From positions 8,680,001 through 8,744,000 of the forward strand of contig OU015567.1 in NCBI GenBank assembly GCA_907165135.1: DNA of 64,000 nucleotides. Reading direction: 5' to 3'. The notes under the pieces are model-generated. The model did no database searches. It was not told where the DNA came from and saw only the letters and a program-made list of their open reading frames with translations. The translations under genes were made by a program, and so were the position numbers. Positions 24,697-37,929 of this stretch are shown here, one piece after another. Each line of letters begins with the position of its first letter. The first letter of the stretch is position 1. This DNA is from Oikopleura dioica. Taxonomy: Eukaryota; Animalia; Chordata.

Positions 24697-26100
24697 ATGG
24701 ACGAGCTTACAGACGAATTTCTAAATGGACTGACTCCGGCCGAGATCGCTCAAATCGTTGATCAACTAGACGAGTTGGATCCTGACAACGCCCTTCTACC
24801 AGCTGGTAAAATCGAAAATTCAGTGGTCATGTGATAAATTACTGTAGGTTATCGCCAATCGAACCAGACGGAGAAGAAAGAGACGGGCGTTTTCGACCGA
24901 GAAGCGCTGCTTGAATACCTCGAGGAGCACGCCCGATCGATCCCAGATAAAGAGGATTATGTGCCCTACGTGCCCGGCCAAAAGCGCGGAAAAGTCTTTG
25001 AGAAGAAGGTTCAGAAGCAGACCTACAGCGCGCTCGAGCCTGATATCGAAGATGCGCTCAAGGATATTGACGGCGCGGATCTTTCGGAACTCGCAGAAAT
25101 CTTAGGCGAGGCTACTATCCAAAGGTATTCAACAAAAACGATCCATGTTGGATTGACATCTTAACCCATCTTTCTCATCTCATGCTAACCCATCATTTCA
25201 AAAAATAGCGATCAATTTATGGCCGATATCAACAGGTTTTCATGTGTTTTTTTATTTCACTCTTCGCACAGCTCTCTTTTAGCAACAGTAGTTACAGTTT
25301 GATTTCAACAAGATTTCCGCACTAATTTTTATCGTCAATTCTCGCATCACCTATTACGCTCAATTTAACACTTTGTATCATTTAGCCACGTCGAGCTCGG
25401 AGCAAAAGGCTATTCAATGGGAGAAGATGCCGGGTTGAAGCGTATTTACAGACCGGACTATCGCGATCCGATTGTAAAGCCGGAAGAACCGGAGCTGAAT
25501 CCTGCTGATGTTGATGACGACTTGAGAAGAGTTCAGAATCAGGACGAGACGATGACCATCATCAACTGGAATAATCTAAGAGACACGCCGATTACGACGA
25601 TTCAAGCGCTTTTCAGAGCACTTGAATACAATCGTTATGTCCGAGAAGTCTCTATTGGTAAAAAAATAGCCTGTATCCCTCTTTGATCTTAATTCTAGCG
25701 AATACGCGGGCAAATGATACAGTAGCAGAGACGATTATAAAATGTATGGAGGAAAACAAAACAATCGAAAAGCTCAATGTCGAGTCCAATTTCATTTCTG
25801 CCAAGCCGATGCAAGAATTAGTTCACCAATCCTGCCAAAGCAATTGCCTCACCGAACTTAGAATAGACAACCAGCGTAACAAGTAAGCCGTCTTTCCAAA
25901 AGGCAATCGATTTGCGGCAATTATCTAGATACGGCGAAACGACGGAGAATCTGTTCTGCGACTCGTTACTAAACGGAGCCGGGATGGTTAAAAAATTCGG
26001 GTATTCGTGGAAGAGCCCTGGACCTAGATCACGTGCCCAGCATATTCTGATGAAGAATTTCGACAAAAGTACAAGACAAAAGCGTCAAAACGCTTCTTGA
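24697..26100 (+). CDS. TMOD: Tropomodulin
   Basis: DELDPDNALLPAGYRQ, TGVFDREALLEYLE, DYVPYVPGQKRGKVF, NWNNL, ANTRAND, LNVESNFIS, ELRIDNQ, KFGY...GPRSRA. Confidence 0.93.
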
Positions 26101-26547
26101 ATTGCTTCTTCTATCGAAGAAATGTGGATAAAAATGAGATTCTACCAGTTTTCCAACTTCCTTTTTTATATACTTTTGAGTGTGTTTTGGCCATTTTACA
26201 TCTTATTTCATCTTACGCAGCATTTCAACAGAGAAATTCCATTAAAAAATAAACCGTTTGTTCACCTAAATCACCAAAATCAACCCGATACTTCCCAGTT
26301 CTTTGAAAACAGCCTTGAATCATGAACCCATAAAAATATATTTAACTAATGCTTGCACAATTCCAGTTCTCCAATTTCAGCTTTCTACTTTAAACTTTGT
26401 CAAATAAACCAGCAACTATGTGTGAAATTTCAAATCTCGTCAATTTAAATCAAGGAAGAGTACCGCAGATTGATGGAGTCTTTTGTTTTGTAGACGAAGT
26501 CGGTAGCGAGGTGTAGCTCCGCCTAGGGTCGGCTCTACCCGCCGCCG

Positions 26548-28527
26548 ATGATGGGACGGTTTGACGGAGAAGAGCTGCCCAATGAAGTTTGGGCCCTGTG
26601 ATCGGGCTTCTTTATGCTTTAATCTCTTCTAGATACAGAAATGTTTATAAACAAAATCATATAATCTTATGTAAAAAGATGAGCCTAAATAAAGATAATC
26701 AAACGGTCGAAAGTATCTGAACTTCTGCAGCTTCGGCAAACTTCCCAACGGCTATTTGACCTCGTTGAAGATTCCGATAACTTTCAGTCTTACCTGGACG
26801 AGGAGGATAAAGTTTTACACTCGTTAGGTACGCTCGTTGTTGAGTAAGCATCAATACAGAATCTTAACAATCGAGTATTGAGTCAATCAAGCATAACTTG
26901 AATAAATAGGGATTATACAGCAACTCAATTATTATGAAACATTGAGTAAAAGAAAACCTATTCAGTTGACAATTGGCTTGGCTCTCCTTTCGACGATATA
27001 AAGCCGCTACAAGACGATGACTGGGAAAAGATTTCTCCCATTCTCAGGTCTATATTTTGACGAGAATTATGAATCGTTACATAACGCTTTTTACTCAGAG
27101 CGCGATTTCGAACACTGGCAAAGCCTCATATTGATCAAGTCACTTCTTGGGCAGAGAACGGACTCGACACAGTCCTCACTTCGAATAAAGGCTGGCTCTA
27201 CCGCATCTTCGTGCGTAAACTCCACGAAAACCAAAGACGAAAGATTATTGAACCGCTGAGGCATCGCTTCCAAGATGTTTTGAAAACCAAAACTTTTATT
27301 TGCAAGAAATGTGGTGGTGCCTTTATTCCGTCAGAGGAGCAACCCTGTCTCAGTCACGTGGCAGAAGAGCCTGTCAAGTCAAACATGTTCTTAGAAAATG
27401 TAAGATAAATAGATCTCCTAAGCCCTGTTTCTAAGCATATTTTCAGGTTTGGTACTACCCCTGTTGTCCAGAAAGGCTGTTTTTCGCCCGCTCGGGCCAG
27501 CCGATCAGCGATGTCAAACGTGCCTTAGGAGAGTGTCCCAAAAATCAAAAACAGACGAGTCACATTTCTGAAGAATTCAAAAATCTGACGTCGATGACCT
27601 CTACGATCGATTTAGAAAAAGCCGCCGTGCTTAGCCATTATTCCAGAAAGCTTGCTCTTGAAGGTAGATATTGCGAACAATTCATTTTCTTACTCTACTT
27701 ATGTTCAGATCCGGCCCGTTTATCCGGATTGGGCAGCAGCGCCCTTATTCCCGCTTATCAAAATAATCATCAGAATCAGAATTATCATCAGCCAGTCCAA
27801 CAACACATCAATGGTAAAAGAACAAAAAGAGAACTCAACTGACTCTCCCCAATTTTAGGTGCATTGCTAACGAACTATCATCCCCAAAATTGCGCAGCTT
27901 ATTACGACCCGTCATACTCGCTTCCATACAGACCTACGATCAGCAGTAGCTATTCGATTCCGCAGGGCGGAATGATGACCAACGGCGAACCTGTTGCATT
28001 TTCAGCTCCGCACTCATTTCATGCTCAGCCTCATTCTTCTGCGCAGATCCAGTTGAACAGCAATTTTCAGAGTCAGTTAAACTTGAATGGAGATCATCCC
28101 AGAAGTGTTGTCTCGAGGTAAGTTTGATCATGACTGTACCTGGGCTTGTCAGTGGGCTCTCCTCTAAAAATCTGCTGTAGGTTTCCTAATCCAAAAGATA
28201 AATGGCGCTTTGGCGCAGCCGATTGGGAAGATTTTTTCGAAAACGATTGCGGAGAATGCGATTTTTCCGACGAAGAGTCTTCCCGAAGAAGACGCAGTCG
28301 CTCGAAAAAGAACTCGAAAGGAAAAGGTCTTAATGAAGCTATGACTACCAGAAGAAATAATCATTGTCTTTGACCTTCGAAAAGGCAAACAAAAAAGCAC
28401 GAATTTCGGAATTCGTTCCCGCGCAGATCGCGTCCCAGAGCCACGTCTGGAAGACCTGGTGCCTCGTCCAATTGACAATCCTCCTGGCGAGTTTGAAATT
28501 GGCTTTTGGAAGCCTACGAACTCTTGA
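26548..28527 (+). CDS. Putative F-box-like protein with a Cys/His-rich (zinc-binding-like) region
   Basis: ELPNEVWAL followed by a next exon IIKRSKVSELLQLRQTSQRLFDLV resembles an F-box. Later FICKKCGGAF...PCLSH...YYPCC...C...H. The first splice junction could not be resolved cleanly. Confidence 0.4.
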
Positions 28528-28993
28528 AATGAGAATGACACCTATCTTTTTCTAGCAACCCAAGCCATAACAATCTTCAATTACCAAAAACGACTATTCT
28601 TCCTGAAACAAATCAACCAAACTCAATTGTTTCGACTACTCGCATTTAACCTTTTACCTTGTGCCCTTAAAAATATCATTATCTATCCAGAAATTACAGT
28701 TATTTCAGTATTAACATCTAACTACAAGGTTTATTATTTCTTATTATTTTTACCGACTATTTTTTATTCTATTTCTTGTTCTTCACAAGCTTTATCACTA
28801 ATATCCTTACATTTTCAATGCTTGGAGACAGAAAAACAGCAGAAAAAAGAGGATTTTCTGCAAAATTGATCTGAAGTCTGTTTTCTCTTTTTAGTTTTCC
28901 ATATGTTTTTTCTTTATTTCTGTAATTCACGTTTTCACCAAATTTTGATTTTTATCGCTCTATTTTTAGGGAACGGGCTCAAAAAGGACGAAA

Positions 28994-30732
28994 ATGACGA
29001 TAGCTCCAACTCCAAATAAAAAACTCAAAGCATCAGGAAGCAAAGAAGGTGAACGAGATCGTAAAAGACCGCGACATATTCCTTCTACTTCGCACGATCC
29101 TTCTATTAGAACGAAAAATGCGAGGAATCAAATCGGGCCTCAGTCAAAGGTGAGCTTTTCTATGTCCTTTGGTGCGATCAAAAAACGTTTCAGAAAAAGC
29201 AAAAAGTTCGCCGAGATCCGCCGCCAAGAAGCGACTCGAAGCTTGGGCAATGTGACCCAAGCGTTCCCCTTTCTCCATGTCTCTCACCACGAATGTCGCC
29301 TCTTTCTAGCAACTCGCAAACAAGTCGAGTTGCATCTCAACCCGAGCAATCCGGCTACAACTCAGAGGTACAGGCCCCTCCTTATTCTTTATAACCCCTT
29401 TTCAGGACGAGTACGATCGAGCGGCAGAATACAGCGAAGAGCGAGAAAAAAACTTCCGCAAAGTTCTGTTAGAAGAACGTGGCTTCGAAATCATCGACGT
29501 ACAGGCAGACGGAGCTTGTATGTTCCGATCTGTCGCCGATCAGGTAGCTTCGTTTCATACCGATCTTTTTTTAATTCATGATTTTTAGATTTACGGGGAC
29601 GAAAGTATGCACGACGTTATTCGACACCGATGCTGCGATTACATGGCCCTGAATGCCGATTATTTCAGGAACTGGGTAACGGAGAATTTCGAAGATTACA
29701 TTTCCAGAAAGAGGCTGTTGCATACGCATGGGAATCATATAGAACTACAGGCGATGTCGGAGCTTTATCTTCGAAAATTTGAAATATTCGAGTACAGGTT
29801 CGAAAAGGTCATTATTTCTTGTTCAATTCTTGAGCCATTCTTTAGTCCAATTGCTAATCAAACCTTCGACTGTTCGGAACCAAGCCATTATACTCCTATT
29901 CGCCTGAGCTATCACAACGGAAATCACTACAACTCAATAAGAAACCCTCTTCAAGCTACAATAGGTATTCACTTCTCTTCAACCAATTTTAATCGCTCTC
30001 AGGTGCTGGATTAGGAATACCGGGAATGTCAGAACATGCATCTCTCCTCTCCCAAGCGCTAAATCAATCGGAACTCGACGATACAGAAAAACGCATGTTA
30101 CTGGACAAGGCAAACATGACGGACTATCAAGCCACTGATCAAGAGCTTCTAGCACAAGTTGCACGGTAAATTTCCCCTTCTATCCGACTTTCTTCAACTC
30201 ATGTTTTGTAGAGACTCCCTGGAGGAATTCTACAACGTCAGAAATCAAAACAAGAAGCAGAAGAAAAACCAAACAAAGTCTCTCAACCGTCTTAGTCCTT
30301 CAACAAGCCGTCTTTCTACACCTCCACCTCCGATTTCACCATCTTCGCAGCCATCTTCTTCAAGCTCGTGAGTTGCTTTCCCTCAATCATTGAGGCTCGA
30401 TGAGTTTTATTAACAGTCAATAGATCCTCCCTCCCGTCTCCGGAAAAAGCTGCGAGCAAAGAGGACATTGAACAGAAACCATCATCGTCAGCGAGTTCGC
30501 CAAACGCGCAAATGGCCATTCGACAGTCACGTGTCAGCTTGAGTATAGATGAACCCGGACCAAGGTAAGATAGAGACAGCTTCACGATCCTTGACTCTTA
30601 TTTTATAGCTCTCGTCAAGACCCAGTAGAATGGGGCGTATCCGACTGGGTATCCGAAAACGACGAAGAATCAATCATGGCCGCCATTTTGCAACAATCCG
30701 CCCAGGAATTCTACTCCTCGTCTAAAGAATAA
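28994..30732 (+). CDS. OTUD5: OTU deubiquitinase OTUD5 (DUBA)
   Basis: SGYNSEDEY, DGACMFRSVADQIYGD (catalytic Cys), HGNHIELQAMSELY, PIRLSYHNGNHYNSI (catalytic His), ATDQELLAQVARDSLEEF and a UIM-like tail ESIMAAILQQSAQEF. Confidence 0.93.
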
Positions 30733-31158
30733 TGACCCCTTGATCGCAAATTATCGCTCCGCTAAAATATAAATATAATTTTTACTCGTGTTCTTTGCAA
30801 ACAAAATTCATATAAAAACAAGAACAGAGCGACATGTTTCTTCAACACCAGATTTTCTGAAATTCTGTCCCTGTTTCGAATAATCTAAGAGTCCAACAAT
30901 ATTGATAATATGAAAAAAATGCGTTCAATATTGAGAAATATTGACCAGCGATCGTTCCGCCACAGTTCTTACCTTGTTTCTTACAAGTTGTAAATTAATT
31001 TTTTGTCTATTATCTTTTTCAAGCTTTGAACAGACTATTACTGTACTGAAACAATAAATATCACACACAAAACGATGTAATTTACGAAAAAGAATCTCAC
31101 TAGTTTCTTCTTATTCGTTGTTTTATCTTGCTTTCATTTCAGGAGTTACAGAATTGAT

Positions 31159-32441
31159 TCAGTATTTTGTCAGAACAAGCTTTTTTCGCAGGGACGATTG
31201 AAATTCGCAAACTTGATTTCTCCCTTCTTCTTCATCCTCACCAGCAACTTCCTTCTTGAGCATCTCTCGTTGCACCCGCAAATAGACCTCGTAAATATCT
31301 TGATGGTTTTCGTTAGCAATCGCATCGGACAACTCATTGTACAAAATCGAGACGAAGCGAGAAGGAAATCTTCCTTCAGATGTGACTGTTGCTTGATTGA
31401 TTCTATTGCCAGCAAGGGTAGAGTAGAAAAAGGCCCAGTCTCTGCCCATTGACCACTGGAAGTGGGTTTCTTCTTTTTCTTGAGTGTTGGCAACTAAGTC
31501 TGTTCCCCTGCTGCGGCTTTTCCTCATTACTGCCCCTTCTATCGCTACTTTCCTTGAAGTAACATCCTTTTCGCCTCTAAAATGATGCTCAATTTTCAAC
31601 TCAACATCAACATCAACCTTGGAGCATTGACAATCACCAATTTCGGCTTATCGATCCATCCAGCACAAGAAGTTTTTGTCAAAACCGACAAGAAGTCATG
31701 GATAGTAACTTCTTCCGTATTATACGAAGAGTCATTTCCTCGGACGACGATCTTCAATTTGCTTCCCGGAATTCCATTAGACAGAATCACTATCGTCAAA
31801 GATCTTACGGCAGCAGCCACATTTTGATCATTCACAACATTTTTGAGGAACAAGTTGACATCAGTTTTTTTCATGTCCGAAAAGTAGAAAATATTTTCTT
31901 TATAAAGTTCTCCTTCCGTTACGTAGTAAAGTACCATTAAATATTTGAGATTTTGAACTGTTCCTTTATCAAACATCTTTCCAAAAAGAAGATACATTGC
32001 AGATCCATCAATGTCTTTTTCTATAGCGTTATCAGAAGATAACCAGTTCTTCTTGATCCCTGGGTATGAAAATATAACCACAAGACCTTTTCTTTCATCC
32101 CCGGTCGGTTTTAAATCGTAAAACTGCTCAAAGTCATCGAATGGATTCTTCACTTTCGCAACTGGGTTGATTTCTCCGTCGACATCAGTGTCTGTTGAAA
32201 GCTTTTTGATGCGGTCTTTCAATTTCTTCAAGAGCTTTGTTTGCAAAGAACATGCTTCTTTCTCGTTTTTCTCGGCGCAAAGATAGTTTTTGAAGGCTTC
32301 CTCATCCTCGAATGGTACTTTACTGCCTTTTTCGTGGTAATATTTGAAATAATCGCTGTTTTTTATTGCCTTTTCCATCTCTGTACCGTTTTTCGATCCG
32401 GAACAATAGTTTATTTTGGCAAAAACGGACTTGGCAACCAA
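31159..32441 (-). CDS. Caspase-fold protein lacking both catalytic residues (pseudo-caspase)
   Basis: KGLVVIFSY, IVILSNG (SHG site), DKPKLVIVNAPRG (QACRG site, joined by a 41-nt GT-AG intron at 31577-31617), DWAFFYSTLAG, SRFVSIL, NQVCEFQSSLRKKLVL. Start codon uncertain. Confidence 0.8.
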
Positions 32442-32662
32442 TGAAAAGACGTCTTCAAGCTGAAAATTTATTTGCAGTGTCGTTAAACTGGACGAAAGGA
32501 GTAGTTTACGATCTTTACAAGCTCATAGAACAAGTCTTCAGTAACATAAGAAGGGAGCCTTGTGAATTTCAACAACAATTTGTCATGGGGTTGTCCACTT
32601 TGTGTTCGCGTAGTCTTGAACAAATGATGAACTCTCTTGACAGACTGGATTTGAGTATTTGG

Positions 32663-35300
32663 TAGGGGGTGAACAGTGAAAAAATGAGCAAAATTAAAAG
32701 TTTAGAAAACTAATTTGAATCGATGTATATATATAAAACACATCATAAAAAACATTTAATTCAATAATTGTAAATTTAAAAAACGCTGTTTTCCATCATA
32801 AACGCCAATTTTCTCATGAAGATTACAGTTTTTTCACGATAACTTTTGATCTCAACCTTCCTCAAGCCTAAATCAAAGATAATCTTAATCTACAGAAAAA
32901 ATGCTTTCAGAAACTTATAAAATCACTTTGTGCACTTGTGTGCAAAAAATTCTAGAGCTAATTATTTGTCCAAACTCTATGAGTTGGCCCTCTAGGGGTG
33001 TTCGAATCCCGGCAATGACACTTTTTTTTCATTCCGATTTTCCTCGAAACATTGCGTTAACTTGATCACGTGACTGAATTTGAGTCATAATTAGTCCTCC
33101 GGAGGACTTTTTTGCTTGGAATCAATTCCTGGACGACTGAGAACTTCCGCTTATTAAATTCTGTCAGCCCCGTCCCTGGCTTTTAAATTGAAATGGGCTT
33201 GACGGCCCTTCGGGCCGTCTCAGCCCCGTCCCTGGCTTTTAAATTGAAATGGGCTTGACGGCCCTTCGGGCCGTCTCAGCCCCGTCCCTGGCTTTTAAAT
33301 TGAAATGGGCTTGACGGCCCTTCGGGCCGTCTCAGCCCCGTCCCTGGCTTTTAAATTGAAATGGGCCTGACGGCCCTTCGGGCCGTCTCAGCCCCGTCCC
33401 TGGCTTTTATATTGAAATGGGCTTGACGGCCCTTCGGGCCGTCTCAGCCCCGTCCCTGGCTTTTAAATTGAAATGGGTTTGACGGCCCTTCGGGCCGTCT
33501 CAGCCCCGTCCCTGGCTTTTAAATTGAAATGGGCTTGACGGCCCTTCGGGCCGTCTCAGCCCCGTCCTGGCTTTTAAATTGAAATGGGCTTGACGGCCCT
33601 TCGGGCCGTCTCAGCCCCGTCCTGGCTTTTAAATTGAAATGGGCTTGACGGCCCTTCGGGCCGTCTCAGCCCCGTCCCTGGCTTTTAAATTGAAATGGGC
33701 TTGACGGCCCTTCGGGCCGTCTCAGCCCCGTCCTGGCTTTTAAATTGAAATGGGCTTGACGGCCCTTCGGGCCGTCTCAGCCCCGTCCTGGCTTTTAAAT
33801 TGAAATGGGCTTGACGGCCCTTCGGGCCGTCTCAGCCCCGTCCCTGGCTTTTAAATTGAAATGGGCTTGACGGCCCTTCGGGCCGTCTCAGCCCCGTCCT
33901 GGCTTTTAAATTGAAATGGGCTTGACGGCCCTTCGGGCCGTCTCAGCCCCGTCCCTGGCTTTTAAATTGAAATGGGCTTGACGGCCCTTCGGGCCGTCTC
34001 AGCCCCGTCCCTGGCTTTTAAATTGAAATGGGCTTGACGGCCCTTCGGGCCGTCTCAGCCCCGTCCTGGCTTTTAAATTGAAATGGGCTTGACGGCCCTT
34101 CGGGCCGTCTCAGCCCCGTCCTGGCTTTTAGATTGAAATGGGCTTGACGGCCCTTCGGGCCGTCTCAGCCCCGTCCCTGGCTTTTAAATTGAAATGGGCT
34201 TGACGGCCCTTCGGGCCGTCTCAGCCCCGTCCCTGGCTTTTAAATTGAAATGGGCTTGACGGCCCTTCGGGCCGTCTCAGCCCCGTCCCTGGCTTTTAAA
34301 TTGAAATGGGCTTGACGGCCCTTCGGGCCGTCTCAGCCCCGTCCTGGCTTTTAAATTGAAATGGGCTTGACGGCCCTTCGGGCCGTCTCAGCCCCGTCCT
34401 GGCTTTTAAATTGAAATGGGCTTGACGGCCCTTCGGGCCGTCTCAGCCCCGTCCCTGGCTTTTAAATTGAAATGGGCTTGACGGCCCTTCGGGCCGTCTC
34501 AGCCCCGTCCCTGGCTTTTAAATTGAAATGGGCTTGACGGCCCTTCGGGCCGTCTCAGCCCCGTCCCTGGCTTTTAAATTGAAATGGGCTTGACGGCCCT
34601 TCGGGCCGTCTCAGCCCCGTCCCTGGCTTTTAAATTGAAATGGGCTTGACGGCCCTTCGGGCCGTCTCAGCCCCGTCCCTGGCTTTTAAATTGAAATGGG
34701 CTTGATTACGGCTGGGATTTGAAGAAAAGATAGAGATGATCAGTCTCATTTCATCCCAAACCCCGCCCACACCCATTTTTCAATAAACTTCAGTTTGTCG
34801 TTCCCGATTTTTAATTATGGTTTTTGAAATATTAAGTTTTTATATAGATTTCTCTTCTTTCTTAATTAAATTCTTCCATCAGATGAGATCCTCCGGGGTC
34901 CTCCGAGGGTCCACGTGATCAAATTATTAGATTTATCAATGTTCACGTTTCGGTTGATAACCATGCCGAAGGAGTCCCTGAAAAAGATTTTTCTTCATTT
35001 AATTTGCTTAAATTCTTCCATCATCTAGGTCCTCCGGGGTCCTCCAAGATGTCACGTGATTAAAATTCAGGAAAAATTTACATGATCAGTGATAATCAGC
35101 AATCAAAATCATGCATAGAAACCCTAGTTACGTCGAGTTTGGGAAAAATCAGATTTTGACCTCAGCTGACCCCGCGTGACCTTTGATGACCTCAAGTCAT
35201 GTGTCAAAATGATCAGTGGATCAAGGGCTTTCCATCGATGTGTTATTCATCTCTATTAGAGGATGATAAAAAAATCAATTTTTTCACCGTTCACCCCCTA
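32663..35300. mobile_element. Non-autonomous hAT-type element (2638 bp) carrying a satellite
   Basis: 23-bp TIRs TAGGGGGTGAAC(A/G)GTGAAAAAAT with one mismatch. 8-bp TSD GTATTTGG at 32655-32662 and 35301-35308. No transposase ORF in the ORF track. Confidence 0.92.
33165..34705. repeat. Tandem array of a 55/56-bp hairpin-containing unit, about 27-28 copies
   Basis: Unit CAGCCCCGTC(C)CTGGCTTTTAAATTGAAATGGGCTTGACGGCCCTTCGGGCCGTCT, nearly invariant. Contains the 8-bp stem GACGGCCC-TTC-GGGCCGTC. Confidence 0.97.
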
Positions 35301-35607
35301 GTATTTGGTCAATGCACATAAAGATTTTGTCATAATGCAAAAGTATACTCATTTTTAATATTTGCAGATACTTTGAAAGATGCTGAGTTCCAAATCTGTT
35401 ATTTATTCTGAATAAAACCATTCCCAAAAAACAATCTGCCTGGTCCAGAAGTCTTCAAGAGATGTTGGAGCCTTTTGATGAAGAGGTTTCTTCGTGCGTT
35501 GCTACCAGAGAGAAGCCATTTCTATCCGACTTATTTGAGTCGTTTAGAAATCATAAGCTGAGTTTAGCAAATTTAAATGAGTGTTAATCTGATAAACCTT
35601 TTAAAAC

Positions 35608-36791
35608 TTGGATAAGCTGGTGAATTTTGCTCAAAATAAATTCCAGGAGATCAAGGCTGATGTTGAAAGAGAAGCATCGATCTTTTTCGATGGGGAAGCT
35701 GAGGTTTTGAAGAAAGAAAATGCATGCCTTCTTGATGCCATTAGGGAGCTTGAAAAGGATTCTGATAAGCGAATGTTCGACGAAACAAAGCGTATTAGGC
35801 GACTGATACGGGAGCATGATGCTGAAGCCAGGCAAAAAGATGACGAGATTTGTGATCTTCAGGCTTTGGTTCAGAAAGTTTTTTAGTCGAATAGTCTGAT
35901 TCTTTGAATGAACCTTCCTGAGTACGAAAATAAAGAACTCAGGGAGCAACTGAGTCCAGTGTTTGAAAAAATGGTGAGCGCGAGCCGTGAGCGAGCGTGA
36001 GCGAGTGAGCGAGCGCTCATGCTCGCTCGCTCACCATAAAATTCCATGCCGCCGCTCCCGCTCACTCGCGCTCGCCAACAGTCATTTTTAGTTAATCCAC
36101 CGTGGAGACAAGGTATTACGATGTTTGAGAAATTTCTCTTGCGTTGGAATGCCCGAAATTGACTTTTTATATTAAATTATTCGTGAAAAATTGTAAATAT
36201 TTGAATTTTCAAGGAAATACTCGCTAGAAAGTCCCCCGAAAAGCTACGAGTGAGCGCGAGCGAGCGAGCGAGCGCTCGTGCTCGCTCACTCAACAAAAAA
36301 ATTTCGGGTCTGCGCTCACGCTCACTCACTTACGAAAAAAATTGAAGAGTGTCTGCTCGCGCTCGCTCACTCACAAGAGCTATGACCATTTTTTCAAACA
36401 CTGACTGAGTCAACTTGAACGCTCCAACTCTAAGTACGAAGAGGCAAAGATCGAAATCTACGGATTACAGGCAGAGACAAAAACGCAAAAGGCTGAAATC
36501 TTAGCTCTTCGTAAAGAAATTGAGAAGATGAAAGAAGCTCACGAAGAGGAAATTGAAAATATGCTTCAAAACTTCGCTCCAGCGGAAAGTCCTGAGAAGA
36601 ACAATGATTGCCCAATCTGCATGGAAGAATACGACAGCAAGGAGAACATCAAGTGCACTTCAAAGGGATGTGGTCATCAAATGTGCTTTTCTTGTTTCGA
36701 AGAAATTCTCGGCAACAAGAATCCTTCCGCGCGAAAATGTCCTTTCTGCAACAAAAAAGTCCAGCCAAATCAGATCCTGAAACTGTACTAA
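35608..36791 (+). pseudogene. Coiled-coil plus C-terminal RING-HC (C3HC4) gene interrupted by a MITE in a coding exon
   Basis: Removing the 35957-36403 element and one TSD restores ...ENKELREQLSQLERSNSKYEE... in frame to CPICMEEY...CGHQMCFSC...CPFC* (36791). Upstream exons may extend to about 32441, across the 2.6-kb hAT element. Confidence 0.75.
35957..36403. mobile_element. hAT-type MITE (447 bp)
   Basis: 19-bp TIRs CAGTGTTTGAAAAAATGGT / ACCATTTTTTCAAACACTG. 8-bp TSD ACTGAGTC at 35949-35956 and 36404-36411. Subterminal GCGAGC/GCTCGC repeats. Confidence 0.93.
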
Positions 36792-36833
36792 GAATACATT
36801 TTCCCTCTGAAAGAGACTTTTTGAGAAATTTGT

Positions 36834-36849
36834 GGCCCTAAAAAGGGCC
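36834..36849 (-). terminator. Histone H3 3' stem-loop
   Basis: Minus strand reads GGCCCT-TTTT-AGGGCC then ACAAATT, 24 nt after the H3 stop. Confidence 0.93.
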
Positions 36850-36873
36850 TGTTTTAGTGAGTCAAACTCGCGC

Positions 36874-37362
<489 letters not shown>

Positions 37363-37373
37363 CTACGCAATTT

Positions 37374-37468
37374 GGGTTGTCTCCCGCACTGGCCGCCGCG
37401 CCAAAAGCCGTTGAATCGATTTTCGCTCGCGCCAAGGCAGTTTGCGTGGGCTGGGTTGTCTCCCACAC
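37374..37468. promoter_or_regulatory. H3/H4 bidirectional promoter with two GGGTTGTCTCCC(G/A)CAC elements
   Basis: Copies at 37374-37389 and 37453-37468. A third, inverted copy at 39430-39445 lies in the H2A/H2B promoter. TATA-like TTTATATA and GTATAAA flank the pair. Confidence 0.6.
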
Positions 37469-37552
37469 GTGTTAACTCGCCGCGTATAAACACCAGCGCG
37501 GCCCGAGAGAAGCCACAATTTTCTACATTTGTCAAATTTAGAAAAAAAGTAA

Positions 37553-37867
<315 letters not shown>

Positions 37868-37913
37868 GCTCTGCTTTCCCAGCTGATCCCTGCCAGGATC
37901 AAACACCAAAACC

Positions 37914-37929
37914 GGCCCTTTTCAGGGCC
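37914..37929 (+). terminator. Histone H4 3' stem-loop
   Basis: GGCCCT-TTTC-AGGGCC then ACAAATT. Confidence 0.93.

Noticed and set aside
33165-34705. CRISPR-like array of palindromic repeats
   Set aside because: The units abut directly with no unique spacers, there are no cas genes, and the context is eukaryotic. It is a tandem satellite.
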